Part shown: piece by piece, positions 19,332-26,937 of the stretch | Layout: the number at the start of each line of letters is the position of its first letter | How positions within the stretch are numbered: position 1 is the stretch's first letter | Origin: Saccharolobus solfataricus | GTDB lineage: Archaea; Thermoproteota; Thermoprotei_A; Sulfolobales; Sulfolobaceae | DNA: 32,000 bases | Direction of reading: 5' to 3' | Assembly: GCF_900079115.1 (NCBI RefSeq) | Contig: NZ_LT549890.1 | Span: 2,130,001-2,162,000, forward strand | The notes under the pieces: generated by a model | What the model was told of the DNA's origin: nothing | The model's input: only the letters and a program-made list of their open reading frames with translations | Databases searched by the model: none | Program-made: the position numbers and the translations under genes

Positions 19332-19746
19332 TTATACCTCTTTTTTCCCTTGCTACCTTTTTAACCTTCTCTACTATTTCTTTAAGACTACTACCAGGCA
19401 GAAAGACTTCATCAACTCCCATTTCTTTTAACTTTTTAATATCCTCTGGCGGTATTACTCCTCCAACTATTAATCCTACATCATTTAATCCATTTTGTTT
19501 CATTATCTCTACTACTTTTGGTATCAACTCCAAATGAGCTCCGCTTAATATGCTAATTCCTATAACGTCTGCGTCTTCCTGCAATGCAGCTCTTACTATC
19601 TGTTCTGGAGTTTGTCTTAATCCAGTATACACTACCTCCATTCCCGCATCTTTTAGTGCTCTTGCAACTACTTTTGCCCCTCTATCGTGCCCATCTAAAC
19701 CTAATTTTGCCACAATAACCTTAATTCTTTTTGTTGTAATCATCAT
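19321..19746 (-). CDS. Methylmalonyl-CoA mutase small subunit (cobalamin-binding domain)
   Basis: 141 aa. The DxHxxG B12-binding motif is in [13 protein letters not shown], followed by GISILSG and GGVIP. Confidence 0.9.
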   Translation of the reverse strand: MMITTKRIKVIVAKLGLDGHDRGAKVVARALKDAGMEVVYTGLRQTPEQIVRAALQEDADVIGISILSGAHLELIPKVVEIMKQNGLNDVGLIVGGVIPPEDIKKLKEMGVDEVFLPGSSLKEIVEKVKKVAREKRGISVE

Positions 19747-19856
19747 TATTACTAATACTTAAAACGTTTAAACTTTTTGCTAATCGTTTTGTTTACCCTT
19801 AAGGTCGATAAATATGGGTAAAAGTTTAATAATCACGCTTATTAAACACTCATCAT

Positions 19857-20144
19857 ATGTTTAAGATGTGGTATCTTCATATCTCTATTGCAATAATTGC
19901 ACTGATTCTATCTAGCTTAGTAGTGTTGGAATTCGTTAGAATGAGAAAAGAATTTAGAGGGAAGTTAACTACAGTCCTAGTATTGCTTGGTAGCTTTTTA
20001 ATTGCTCAATTTGGATCCTTTCTCTTAGACTTTATCATGTGGTCAAATGATAAGAATCCTTTATATATTTATCCATCTTTGTTGACTATTTCCCTTTCAT
20101 TCATTACTATACTTTTATTCTACTATTATGTTACAAAGATTTAA
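19857..20144 (+). CDS. Small integral membrane protein (3 predicted TM helices), function unknown
   Basis: 95-aa ORF composed of three hydrophobic stretches. No family is recognised. Confidence 0.5.
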   Translation: MFKMWYLHISIAIIALILSSLVVLEFVRMRKEFRGKLTTVLVLLGSFLIAQFGSFLLDFIMWSNDKNPLYIYPSLLTISLSFITILLFYYYVTKI

Positions 20145-20538
20145 GTTTTTTATATTTTCTACCCACATCATAAACTGATATCATAGTAATTATGAAAATT
20201 ATTATTAATGAAAATATGTCAGCTGAAAAGGGATGGCTTATAATAAGATATATTAGGATTATAAGTGAGGAGGCTAGAAAAGAAGTAAGAAACACGGATC
20301 TAGGAATAAGTGCACTTCTAAACCTTACGTAATCTTCTAATATTACTTTAGTAACTATATACCCTTCATCAACTTCCTTAACTAGCCCATCTTCGATCAG
20401 TTTCTTAATATGATAACTTACGATGGATGGAGAACTCAAATTAAGATCCTTTTGTATTTTCCTAATTCCAACTGGCCTTCTCTGCCTAAGAAGGTATAGG
20501 TATATTCTCTTAGCAGTCCCTGTCAACTCCTCTTCCAT
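20131..20538 (-). CDS. Membrane-anchored winged-helix transcription regulator
   Basis: 135 aa. The N-terminal wHTH (AKRIYLYLLRQRRPVGIRKIQKDLNLSSPSIVSYHIKKLIEDGLV) is followed by two hydrophobic helices. Confidence 0.65.
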   Translation of the reverse strand: MEEELTGTAKRIYLYLLRQRRPVGIRKIQKDLNLSSPSIVSYHIKKLIEDGLVKEVDEGYIVTKVILEDYVRFRSALIPRSVFLTSFLASSLIILIYLIISHPFSADIFSLIIIFIITMISVYDVGRKYKKLKSL

Positions 20539-20720
20539 TAACTACATATAGTTTTACGTTACAAATAAGGTTTTCTATCTAAAAATCTAGTTTCCCCTAA
20601 TTCCAAATATCTTCTGTTCACATAAATAAGCAAATTGGAAAATTCTCATAACTTGATAAACTCAAAAAAGATTGCTAGGGTAGGGCAGTTTCTTACAATC
20701 GTAAATAGTAGATAGCTGTA

Positions 20721-21281
20721 GTGAATAGATATATATACCATGTGGATATCGTAGTTAATGTGAAGCAGTACTTAATGGTTATCGCTGGCGTGTTAGTTAG
20801 CTTAGCCATTGCGTCTTTAGTAGTTTATATCTCTCATATGTTTATAATATATAATATAAAGAAGCCTAACATAGTGGAGCGACAATCTGGTTATTTTCCG
20901 GAAATGTATGAGTTAACTGTAAATATAACACCAGCAAAGGCAAGCTATGCGAATTCCTATCTTATCTGGTCCCCTCTCCAATCTTCTTTAGTAGTTAACA
21001 AAGATCCGATATTTCACGTTTATCCGAGTATAATTGATTTGAATTCATTTAATAATTCTGTTATAATAACTCTTTATTACTCGGTTCAAGATAGAGTAAA
21101 TATAGCTATAACTCAGCAAATTTTTAATGTTAGCGTAGTTAATACTACTGTAATTAACGATGAGATTGTAGCTACTCAACTAAAAGTTACATTCTATAAC
21201 GCGTCTCCAAATACGATATATTTAATTCCGATATGGAACCAGTATAATGTTACGTACTATGTTCTAGTCTACTATGAGTAG
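20721..21281 (+). CDS. Hypothetical membrane-anchored extracellular protein with N-glycosylation sequons
   Basis: The ORF opens at GTG 20721; ATG codons at 20739 (MWIS) and 20775 (MVIAGVLVSLAIASLVV) are alternative starts. It has one N-terminal TM helix, then a beta-rich N/S/T/V/Y-rich region with several N-x-S/T sites. Confidence 0.5.
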   Translation: MNRYIYHVDIVVNVKQYLMVIAGVLVSLAIASLVVYISHMFIIYNIKKPNIVERQSGYFPEMYELTVNITPAKASYANSYLIWSPLQSSLVVNKDPIFHVYPSIIDLNSFNNSVIITLYYSVQDRVNIAITQQIFNVSVVNTTVINDEIVATQLKVTFYNASPNTIYLIPIWNQYNVTYYVLVYYE

Positions 21282-21282
21282 G

Positions 21283-21332
21283 TCAGTCCATCGACCTTTC
21301 TTCACTAATCAAGATGATGTTGGCATCATCAT
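21283..21332 (-). ncRNA. Candidate C/D box sRNA (C box to D box)
   Basis: Minus-strand read: ATGATGA (C, 21332-21326), 13 nt TGCCAACATCATC, TTGA (degenerate D'), TTA, GTGAAGA (C'), 12 nt AAGGTCGATGGA, CTGA (D, 21286-21283). It lies 30 nt downstream of the stop of the 173-aa minus-strand gene. Caveat: the C box can also pair with the first guide as a hairpin. Confidence 0.45.
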
Positions 21333-21365
21333 GTGCCCCGTTCGGCTGTGAGCCTTTCACTCGTT

Positions 21366-21887
21366 TTATAATTTCTCGTCAGGCCCAGATAGGGAACGGG
21401 GCTTTCTCAACCTTTTATATAATCTATACAAGAATATAACAATTACTATCTGACCTATATCCAACTGTAATGTAGCAGCATGGTTATAAACTATTTCAAT
21501 GAGAAAAGGTAGCATTTGCATCTGCGGTCTCCATACGTACCATATGAGGTAATAATTAAGGTAATTTAGAAATACAAAACTTATAGCAGATGTGTCTATG
21601 ATCATGTTGTAATAATCATTTTTAAAAGTAGAGATTAATAGAATAGATATTATAAATATAATTAGCGCTATAAATGCAGAAAATGAGACTCCTACCGGAA
21701 TCGTAAGATTATATGTTACTCCACTACTTGCTCTATATACAAGCGGTTCATCTATTGGAACTAAAGGAGCCATTGAAAGTAGTATAATCGTCAATATTAT
21801 TGAACCCACTAACACCCAAATATAATATTCAGAATTTTTCATAAGCGATATGGGTATATAATAAATTATAACTTTATTCCTCATCAT
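21366..21887 (-). CDS. Integral membrane protein (about 4-5 TM), function unknown
   Basis: 173-aa hydrophobic ORF. The likely real start is a downstream Met (MKNSEYYIWVLVG). No family is recognised. Confidence 0.55.
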   Translation of the reverse strand: MMRNKVIIYYIPISLMKNSEYYIWVLVGSIILTIILLSMAPLVPIDEPLVYRASSGVTYNLTIPVGVSFSAFIALIIFIISILLISTFKNDYYNMIIDTSAISFVFLNYLNYYLIWYVWRPQMQMLPFLIEIVYNHAATLQLDIGQIVIVIFLYRLYKRLRKPRSLSGPDEKL

Positions 21888-21900
21888 CTGCTTTGTGGAC

Positions 21901-22020
21901 TTATTGAATTTTCACATAGGGTTAATATTTATTGCAAACCTAAATTGTATATCTTCAGATTAATTGAAAGGGCACTAATAGTGGTTTAGTGTAAAAATAT
22001 TCAACAGATTAACTAAGCAT
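21901..22020 (+). repeat. Dispersed ~120-bp repeat, copy B
   Basis: About 80% identical to 2151-2270 without gaps and in the same orientation. It lies directly upstream of the promoter and ATG of the 101-aa ORF. Confidence 0.6.
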
Positions 22021-22073
22021 CTCAGCATTAAGTATATCTATATATAAAATCCTTTAGCAAGTTATTTCATGTT

Positions 22074-22379
22074 ATGTCTACCACAAAAAAATTCTATGAA
22101 CTTCAAGATTTAATTTTAGCCAAGGTGTCCTTAGAAAAGGTAAAGTTGCATATCGAAGAAAGGAAAGATAGAACAATTTTCAAATGGGTTAGAAAAGAGT
22201 TAACAGGGTTTTTCAGAAAATTTTCTAACGTAGAAGAATTTAGAGAATTGGTGAATAATATTAATAAAGGGCTAGAAGAGGAAAACTATGAAGTAGTTCT
22301 TGAAAATATCAAAAGATCATTGGATATTATATCAGAGGAAATCGAAAAATTCTATCAAGATTTACAGAAAATGCAATAA
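22074..22379 (+). CDS. Hypothetical small helical K/E-rich protein
   Basis: 101-aa ORF with TATATATAAAAT about 25-30 nt upstream of the ATG. No family is recognised. Confidence 0.5.
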   Translation: MSTTKKFYELQDLILAKVSLEKVKLHIEERKDRTIFKWVRKELTGFFRKFSNVEEFRELVNNINKGLEEENYEVVLENIKRSLDIISEEIEKFYQDLQKMQ

Positions 22380-23243
22380 TTCTACTACTCCTACTCTATT
22401 TATGTACATCGTATATATAGCAACTACTATAATAATTATTGCAAATAGTTTCCTTAAAGTTTGTCTTGGCATTCTTGACGCAATTGTGGATCCAGTATAT
22501 CCACCAACTACTCCTCCTAATAGGTATAGTAAGCTTATCACTATATCAACATACCCATACACCGCGTATGTAATTGCTGCCGTAACACCAAACGTACCTA
22601 CTGCAATTAGTGATGTACCGACAGCCCTAAGCATATCTAAACCAGTGCTGAACAATAAACCTGGAACTACCAGAAACCCTCCTCCTATTCCGAAGTATCC
22701 AGAGGCAAACCCTACTAAAAACCCTGCTGGGATTACTTTAGTTACTTTTATTCTTTCACGTAGACTCAATTTATGAGAGTTATTGTATAATACGCTTCTA
22801 TTAGGATTGCATTTAGATCTCCACATTCTAATTGCTACTGCGATCATCAGAAAGCCGAAGAGAAATAGGATTAACGCCCCCGACATTAAATGGCTCAGAT
22901 AAGCCCCTATTACATCCCCTATTACTCCTGGAATTGTGAATATTATTCCTTCTGGTACTCTAACATTACCTCTCCTAAAATGCATATAAGAGTTGATGTA
23001 GGAATTTAGACCGACCGCAAGTGCTGTAGTTCCTAAGGTAAGATGTGTTATATAGGTATATTCTGGTGATCCAGGTGGAATTCCATTTGCTAAACCTACA
23101 AAGTATAATAGAAGGGGAATTGCGAGAATCGAACCTCCTCCTCCAATAAGACCGAGGCTGAATCCTACCAATATTCCAGAAATGATAGAAAGCAAGTATT
23201 GTAATTGAGTTACGGTGATTTGAAATGTTGGATCTTGAAACAT
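22362..23243 (-). CDS. TauE/SafE (DUF81) family anion/sulfite exporter permease
   Basis: 293 aa with about 8 TM helices. The two halves carry the repeated glycine-rich motif (GLIGGGGSILAIPLLL and GYFGIGGGFLVVPGLL) that is diagnostic of the family. Confidence 0.8.
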   Translation of the reverse strand: MFQDPTFQITVTQLQYLLSIISGILVGFSLGLIGGGGSILAIPLLLYFVGLANGIPPGSPEYTYITHLTLGTTALAVGLNSYINSYMHFRRGNVRVPEGIIFTIPGVIGDVIGAYLSHLMSGALILFLFGFLMIAVAIRMWRSKCNPNRSVLYNNSHKLSLRERIKVTKVIPAGFLVGFASGYFGIGGGFLVVPGLLFSTGLDMLRAVGTSLIAVGTFGVTAAITYAVYGYVDIVISLLYLLGGVVGGYTGSTIASRMPRQTLRKLFAIIIIVVAIYTMYINRVGVVELLHFL

Positions 23244-23528
23244 AATAACTAAATCTTGTTTTAACTTTAAAAAGTTTATGATTATGTAAAACTTTGTAAG
23301 TCCTTTTAAAGCTAACTTTATTAAATTTGTTAGACTTTTCTTTAATAAATGATTTTTAAGCCAAGTTATAATATCATTATGTAGAGATGAGAGTGTTGAT
23401 AGTAATTTTATTAATTTAAAATAAATTGTGTAAATTGTTTTTGCGTGTGGAATAAGTCCTTTTGCTTAGCGTAATATCTTTTTGGGTGAACGTAGTTATC
23501 ATGAGGGGATTGCGAGTAAGTACTTTAG

Positions 23529-23798
23529 AATAGGGTAGTTTACTTGCACGATGGTTTATCAGTTTACAATGCCTTTGATTGGTTTAATGTTGGGCACAAG
23601 AGGGTTACGTTAGGCGATTACACTGAAGAAGGGTTTAGGAAATTAAAGTATAGAGTCTCTTCAATGGACTTCGCTTGTAATTCCAATAAGTTAATGAGTT
23701 GGTTCTCGACCTTCTTCTTAATCTACAACCTCCTTTACATTCAAGTGTATTTAGTGGATAAGGGAGTGATGATAAATGCAAACATTTCAACTACATGA
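23529..23798 (+). pseudogene. Decayed C-terminal fragment of a DDE transposase (possibly IS6-like)
   Basis: The frame reads VVYLHDGLSVYNAFDWFNVGHKRVTLGDYTEEGFRKLKYRVSSMDF. This resembles the (T)DGL..Y ... H ... E..fR.lK.R ... F region around the second Asp and the Glu of DDE transposases. There is no intact N-terminus, and it sits in an 810-bp gene-free gap. Confidence 0.35.
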
Positions 23799-24053
23799 AA
23801 TTGTTGTCCACACTCAGATATGATGGGCAATTCAGGTATCCATTATGAATTCACTTTATTTCAAAGAAGCTACGAAATTAACTAAATGAAGGCGACTAAC
23901 TAGCAGAGATACACGATTACCAGTATTAACATTTTTATAACTGCATTATTCGCAAATTGCAATTCGCAAAGAAGAGCTGAATCGCCCGAAATGATAAATT
24001 AACGCTTTAGATCCAAGGTTTATGATTAAAAACTCTTGCATGAATTCGCCAAA

Positions 24054-24470
24054 TTAGAGCGGTATCTCTAACCCGTGTGGACAGTAAGAAGGCTTTCCTA
24101 AGTAATTATACAATTTATCGATAATCTCCTCGGGTATAAGATAGTCAAACTGTTTGGAATATTCACAAGCTGTTTGTTTATCTATTCCAATATTAACAAG
24201 TAGTATCTCTATCACTCTATGAGCTTTTATTAGGTAATTTATACTTCTCGTTCCATTATTGGTAATCCACACGCCATCTTCTTTCTTTTTCACTAATCCT
24301 TTCTCTTCTAAATGGGATACTTCCTCAAAAACGCTTGACGGAGCTATTTTTAGATCCTTTGCAATTCTATTTATCTTTGCACCTTCCCCACTGTCATTGT
24401 ATCTTTTTATGGTAAGCAGATATGAGAATTCTCTTCGTGATAAGTTAGACATCTGTGAATCAACTCTCAA
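24054..24470 (-). CDS. DtxR/MntR-family metal-dependent transcriptional repressor
   Basis: 138 aa; the start may be M7 at 24452. The wHTH is INRIAKDLKIAPSSVFEEVSHLEEKGLV, followed by the dimerisation helix AHRVIEILLVN and a C-terminal CPHG metal-site motif. Confidence 0.8.
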   Translation of the reverse strand: MRVDSQMSNLSRREFSYLLTIKRYNDSGEGAKINRIAKDLKIAPSSVFEEVSHLEEKGLVKKKEDGVWITNNGTRSINYLIKAHRVIEILLVNIGIDKQTACEYSKQFDYLIPEEIIDKLYNYLGKPSYCPHGLEIPL

Positions 24471-24507
24471 TAAAAATAAATAAAGTTTTGTTCTAAAACA
24501 TACAATC

Positions 24508-25377
24508 GTGAAAGAGAATATTTCCGCTCTTGTTACACCCTATGACGATAAGGAAAATATAAATACTGAAGCGTTACAACAGCTATTGGACTTTTTAATT
24601 AAAAAAGGAATTAAGGACTTTTGGGTTCTTGGCACTAGTGGAGAGTTTAATATGCTTTCTCAAGATGAGAGAATATTAGTAGTTAGTAAAATACGTGAGA
24701 TGGTTAAAGGTAAAATATATGTAGGTGTCAATGAGAACTCAACCAGAAATAGTCTAATATTAGCTAAAAAATACTATGATCTAGGTGTTGATTATATTTT
24801 TTCAGTTCCACCTATTTATCATAAACCTTCAGAAAAAGGACTAATATCGTATTTTAGCGAGTTGCGTAATGCTATAGATTTACCATTATTCATATATAAT
24901 ATACCCTCCTTTACAGGATATAATGTTCCTCTTCATATAATTGAGAAGCTAGCGAGAGAGTACGTATTAGATGGTATGAAGTACTCAACTACAGATTTTG
25001 TCTCTTTTCTAAAGTATTTAAAGGCACTAAAAGGAGTAAATAAGAACTTCAAAGTATTCATTGGCGAGGATAGGATGATCCTTTCCGCTCTTATTTTAGA
25101 TACTGATGGTGCAGTTTCTGGTATTTCCAATTTAGTTCCTGAATTAGTCACCAATTTATTCTTGGAATTTGATAGAGGTAACATTCAGAGGGCTATAGAG
25201 ATTCAGAGAATTTTGAACAAATTGGTAGACGTGGTAAGTTTAGGCGATTATCCCAGTGGTATTAAGATAGGTTTAAGGTATAGGGGAATTAATGTCGGTA
25301 GTGTTAGGAAACCTTTATTAGAGGATAGTAGAGCCGAAGGTGAAATATATAATGTACTGAAAGAATTAGGTATATAG
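24508..25377 (+). CDS. DapA/DHDPS-family class I (Schiff-base) aldolase
   Basis: 289 aa with a GTG start. Family motifs are GTSGEF, IYNIP.FTG and the lysine-containing DGMKYS. The substrate cannot be assigned from sequence. Confidence 0.8.
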   Translation: MKENISALVTPYDDKENINTEALQQLLDFLIKKGIKDFWVLGTSGEFNMLSQDERILVVSKIREMVKGKIYVGVNENSTRNSLILAKKYYDLGVDYIFSVPPIYHKPSEKGLISYFSELRNAIDLPLFIYNIPSFTGYNVPLHIIEKLAREYVLDGMKYSTTDFVSFLKYLKALKGVNKNFKVFIGEDRMILSALILDTDGAVSGISNLVPELVTNLFLEFDRGNIQRAIEIQRILNKLVDVVSLGDYPSGIKIGLRYRGINVGSVRKPLLEDSRAEGEIYNVLKELGI

Positions 25378-25379
25378 GA

Positions 25380-25433
25380 ATGATGAAGGTCGATGGGAAT
25401 TACTGGATAATGAGGAAAATTATCCCCGGCTGA
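25380..25433 (+). ncRNA. Candidate C/D box sRNA filling the dapA-like/udg intergenic spacer
   Basis: ATGATGA (C, 25380-25386), guide AGGTCGATGGGA, then a non-canonical D' (CTGG at 25403-25406, 16-nt spacing), ATA, ATGAGGA (C', 25410-25416), 13 nt AAATTATCCCCGG, CTGA (D, 25430-25433). It shares AAGGTCGATGG with the candidate at 21283-21332. Confidence 0.45.
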
Positions 25434-25439
25434 GGAATT

Positions 25440-26090
25440 ATGGATAACTTGGATCTTATTGCAGATGAGGTAAGAAAATGCCAAAAGTGTAAGTTATGGA
25501 AATTTAGGAAAAATGCTGTACCCGGAGAGGGTAATAGCAAAGCCGAAATTATGTTTATAGGAGAAGCACCTGGAGAGAATGAGGATATTGAGGGCAAACC
25601 TTTTGTTGGGGTAGCCGGTAAACTTCTAACTAGACTTATAAATGAGATCTTAGGTCTCAGTAGAGAAGACGTGTTTATAACGAATTTAGTCAAATGCAGG
25701 CCTCCAAATAATAGGGATCCGGAAGAAGATGAAATACTTGCTTGCTCTCCATATTTAACTAGACAAATTGAATCTATAAGACCTCATATTATAATAACTT
25801 TAGGTAGGCATTCTACGTCTTATCTATTTAAGAAAATGAACATGAAAATGGAATCCATCGGGAAAGTTAGGGGAAAATTTTATACGTGGAATATATACGG
25901 ATATAAGATTCTAGTATTTCCCACATATCATCCAGCTGCAGCTCTTTATAATCCCCCTATTAGAAAAGTACTAGAAGAAGACTTCAGAAAAGTTAAAGAA
26001 GCATTAAGTTCAAAACCTATTACTCTGGATAATTTCTTGTATGGATCTGGGGATAAAGGGGAAAAAGGTAATAGTAACAGCGGCAAGTAA
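25440..26090 (+). CDS. udg: Family 4 uracil-DNA glycosylase (thermostable, 4Fe-4S type)
   Basis: 216 aa. It has the CQKCKLW cysteine cluster, the GEAPGENEDIEGKPFVGVAGKLL active-site motif, and HPAAALYNP. Confidence 0.9.
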   Translation: MDNLDLIADEVRKCQKCKLWKFRKNAVPGEGNSKAEIMFIGEAPGENEDIEGKPFVGVAGKLLTRLINEILGLSREDVFITNLVKCRPPNNRDPEEDEILACSPYLTRQIESIRPHIIITLGRHSTSYLFKKMNMKMESIGKVRGKFYTWNIYGYKILVFPTYHPAAALYNPPIRKVLEEDFRKVKEALSSKPITLDNFLYGSGDKGEKGNSNSGK

Positions 26091-26826
26091 AGGTATAGGT
26101 TTGGCCATAGCTAAGCGTTTTTTAGAGGAGGGTGCTAAAGTCATCATTTCATCTAATGACGAATCAAACTTAATGAAAGCATACAATAAACTAAAGGAGA
26201 TTCATAGTGAAAATGTAAGTTACATAAAAGCAGATTTGATGAATCCACACGAAGTTAAGTCTCTAGTTCATGAGGGCTATAGAAAACTTGGAGGTTTAGA
26301 TGTTTTAGCTTACGTTACTGGTAGTCCAAAACCTGGAAATTTATTTTCCTTATCAGATAAGGACTGGATGGATGCGTTCAATCTACTCTTGTTAAGTGCA
26401 GTTGTTGCAGTTAGAGAAGCTGGTCAGCTAATGCAAAGTGGTGGTAGGATAATACTATCCACGTCAACCACATTAAGGCAACCTATAGATAACCTCGATT
26501 TGTCAAATGTTGTAAGGCTTTCATTAGCAGGGCTAATAAAGGTTGCGTCGAGGGAACTAGGACCTAAGGGTATTTTAGTAAATGGAGTAATGCCTGGTTG
26601 GACAAAGACAGAAAGATTGCTTCAGATTATAAGGGATAGAGCAATAAGGGAGGGTAAGAGTGAAGATGAAGTTCTTAAGTCAATTGTCGCGGATGTGCCT
26701 CTAGGTAGAGCAGGGGAGCCTGAAGAAATTGCTAATGTTGTATTATTTTTAGCGTCAAATCTTTCTACTTATGTTACCGGTGCCCTAATACCGGTAGATG
26801 GTGGGAGTATAAAAGGAGTCTTTTAA
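26041..26826 (+). CDS. Short-chain dehydrogenase/reductase (FabG-like SDR)
   Basis: 261 aa. It has the cofactor motif TAASKGIGLAIA, the SDR Rossmann fold and a C-terminal VDGG. Its start overlaps the udg tail by 50 nt. Confidence 0.85.
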   Translation: MDLGIKGKKVIVTAASKGIGLAIAKRFLEEGAKVIISSNDESNLMKAYNKLKEIHSENVSYIKADLMNPHEVKSLVHEGYRKLGGLDVLAYVTGSPKPGNLFSLSDKDWMDAFNLLLLSAVVAVREAGQLMQSGGRIILSTSTTLRQPIDNLDLSNVVRLSLAGLIKVASRELGPKGILVNGVMPGWTKTERLLQIIRDRAIREGKSEDEVLKSIVADVPLGRAGEPEEIANVVLFLASNLSTYVTGALIPVDGGSIKGVF

Positions 26827-26937
26827 GTGTTTTTGCAGATAATACTCCGTTTTTTCTCTATTTATAGACTAACGTGGAAAAAAGCTTGCTAACGATTATA
26901 TTTTATTCTGCTAAGTATTACCGTAGAGTGATCTGTA

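Noticed and set aside
19801-19856. Minus-strand ATGATGA (19850-19856) overlapping the start codon of the 95-aa ORF, plus a third AAGGTCGAT word at 19801-19809, considered as another C/D sRNA.
   Set aside because: No D box (CUGA) and no C'/D' pair follow at any plausible spacing. The 9-mer match alone is weak evidence.
22300-22776. Long ORFs antisense to well-supported genes. Examples in the track are 22300..22776, 15325..15762, 16138..16509, 10190..10534, 9956..10162, 25400..25693, 19057..19431, 19271..19537, 7513..7764 and 4802..5068.
   Set aside because: Each lies wholly or largely inside a gene with strong family motifs on the other strand. Their translations are low-complexity S/L/I/F-rich strings typical of shadow frames in AT-rich DNA. 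I saw no promoter spacing or family resemblance.
23766-23830. GTGATGA followed by ATGATGG in the transposase-remnant gap, considered as a C/D box sRNA.
   Set aside because: There is no CUGA at 12-13 nt spacing after either box. Only TCAG in the wrong orientation is present.
26041-26090. 50-nt overlap between the udg 3' end and the SDR 5' end, considered as a mis-called start or a frameshift.
   Set aside because: The SDR N-terminus (KGKKVIVTAASKGIG) needs the 26041 ATG to keep normal spacing before the cofactor motif. The UDG tail (GDKGEKGNSNSGK) is a low-complexity extension. A genuine overlap is the simplest reading.
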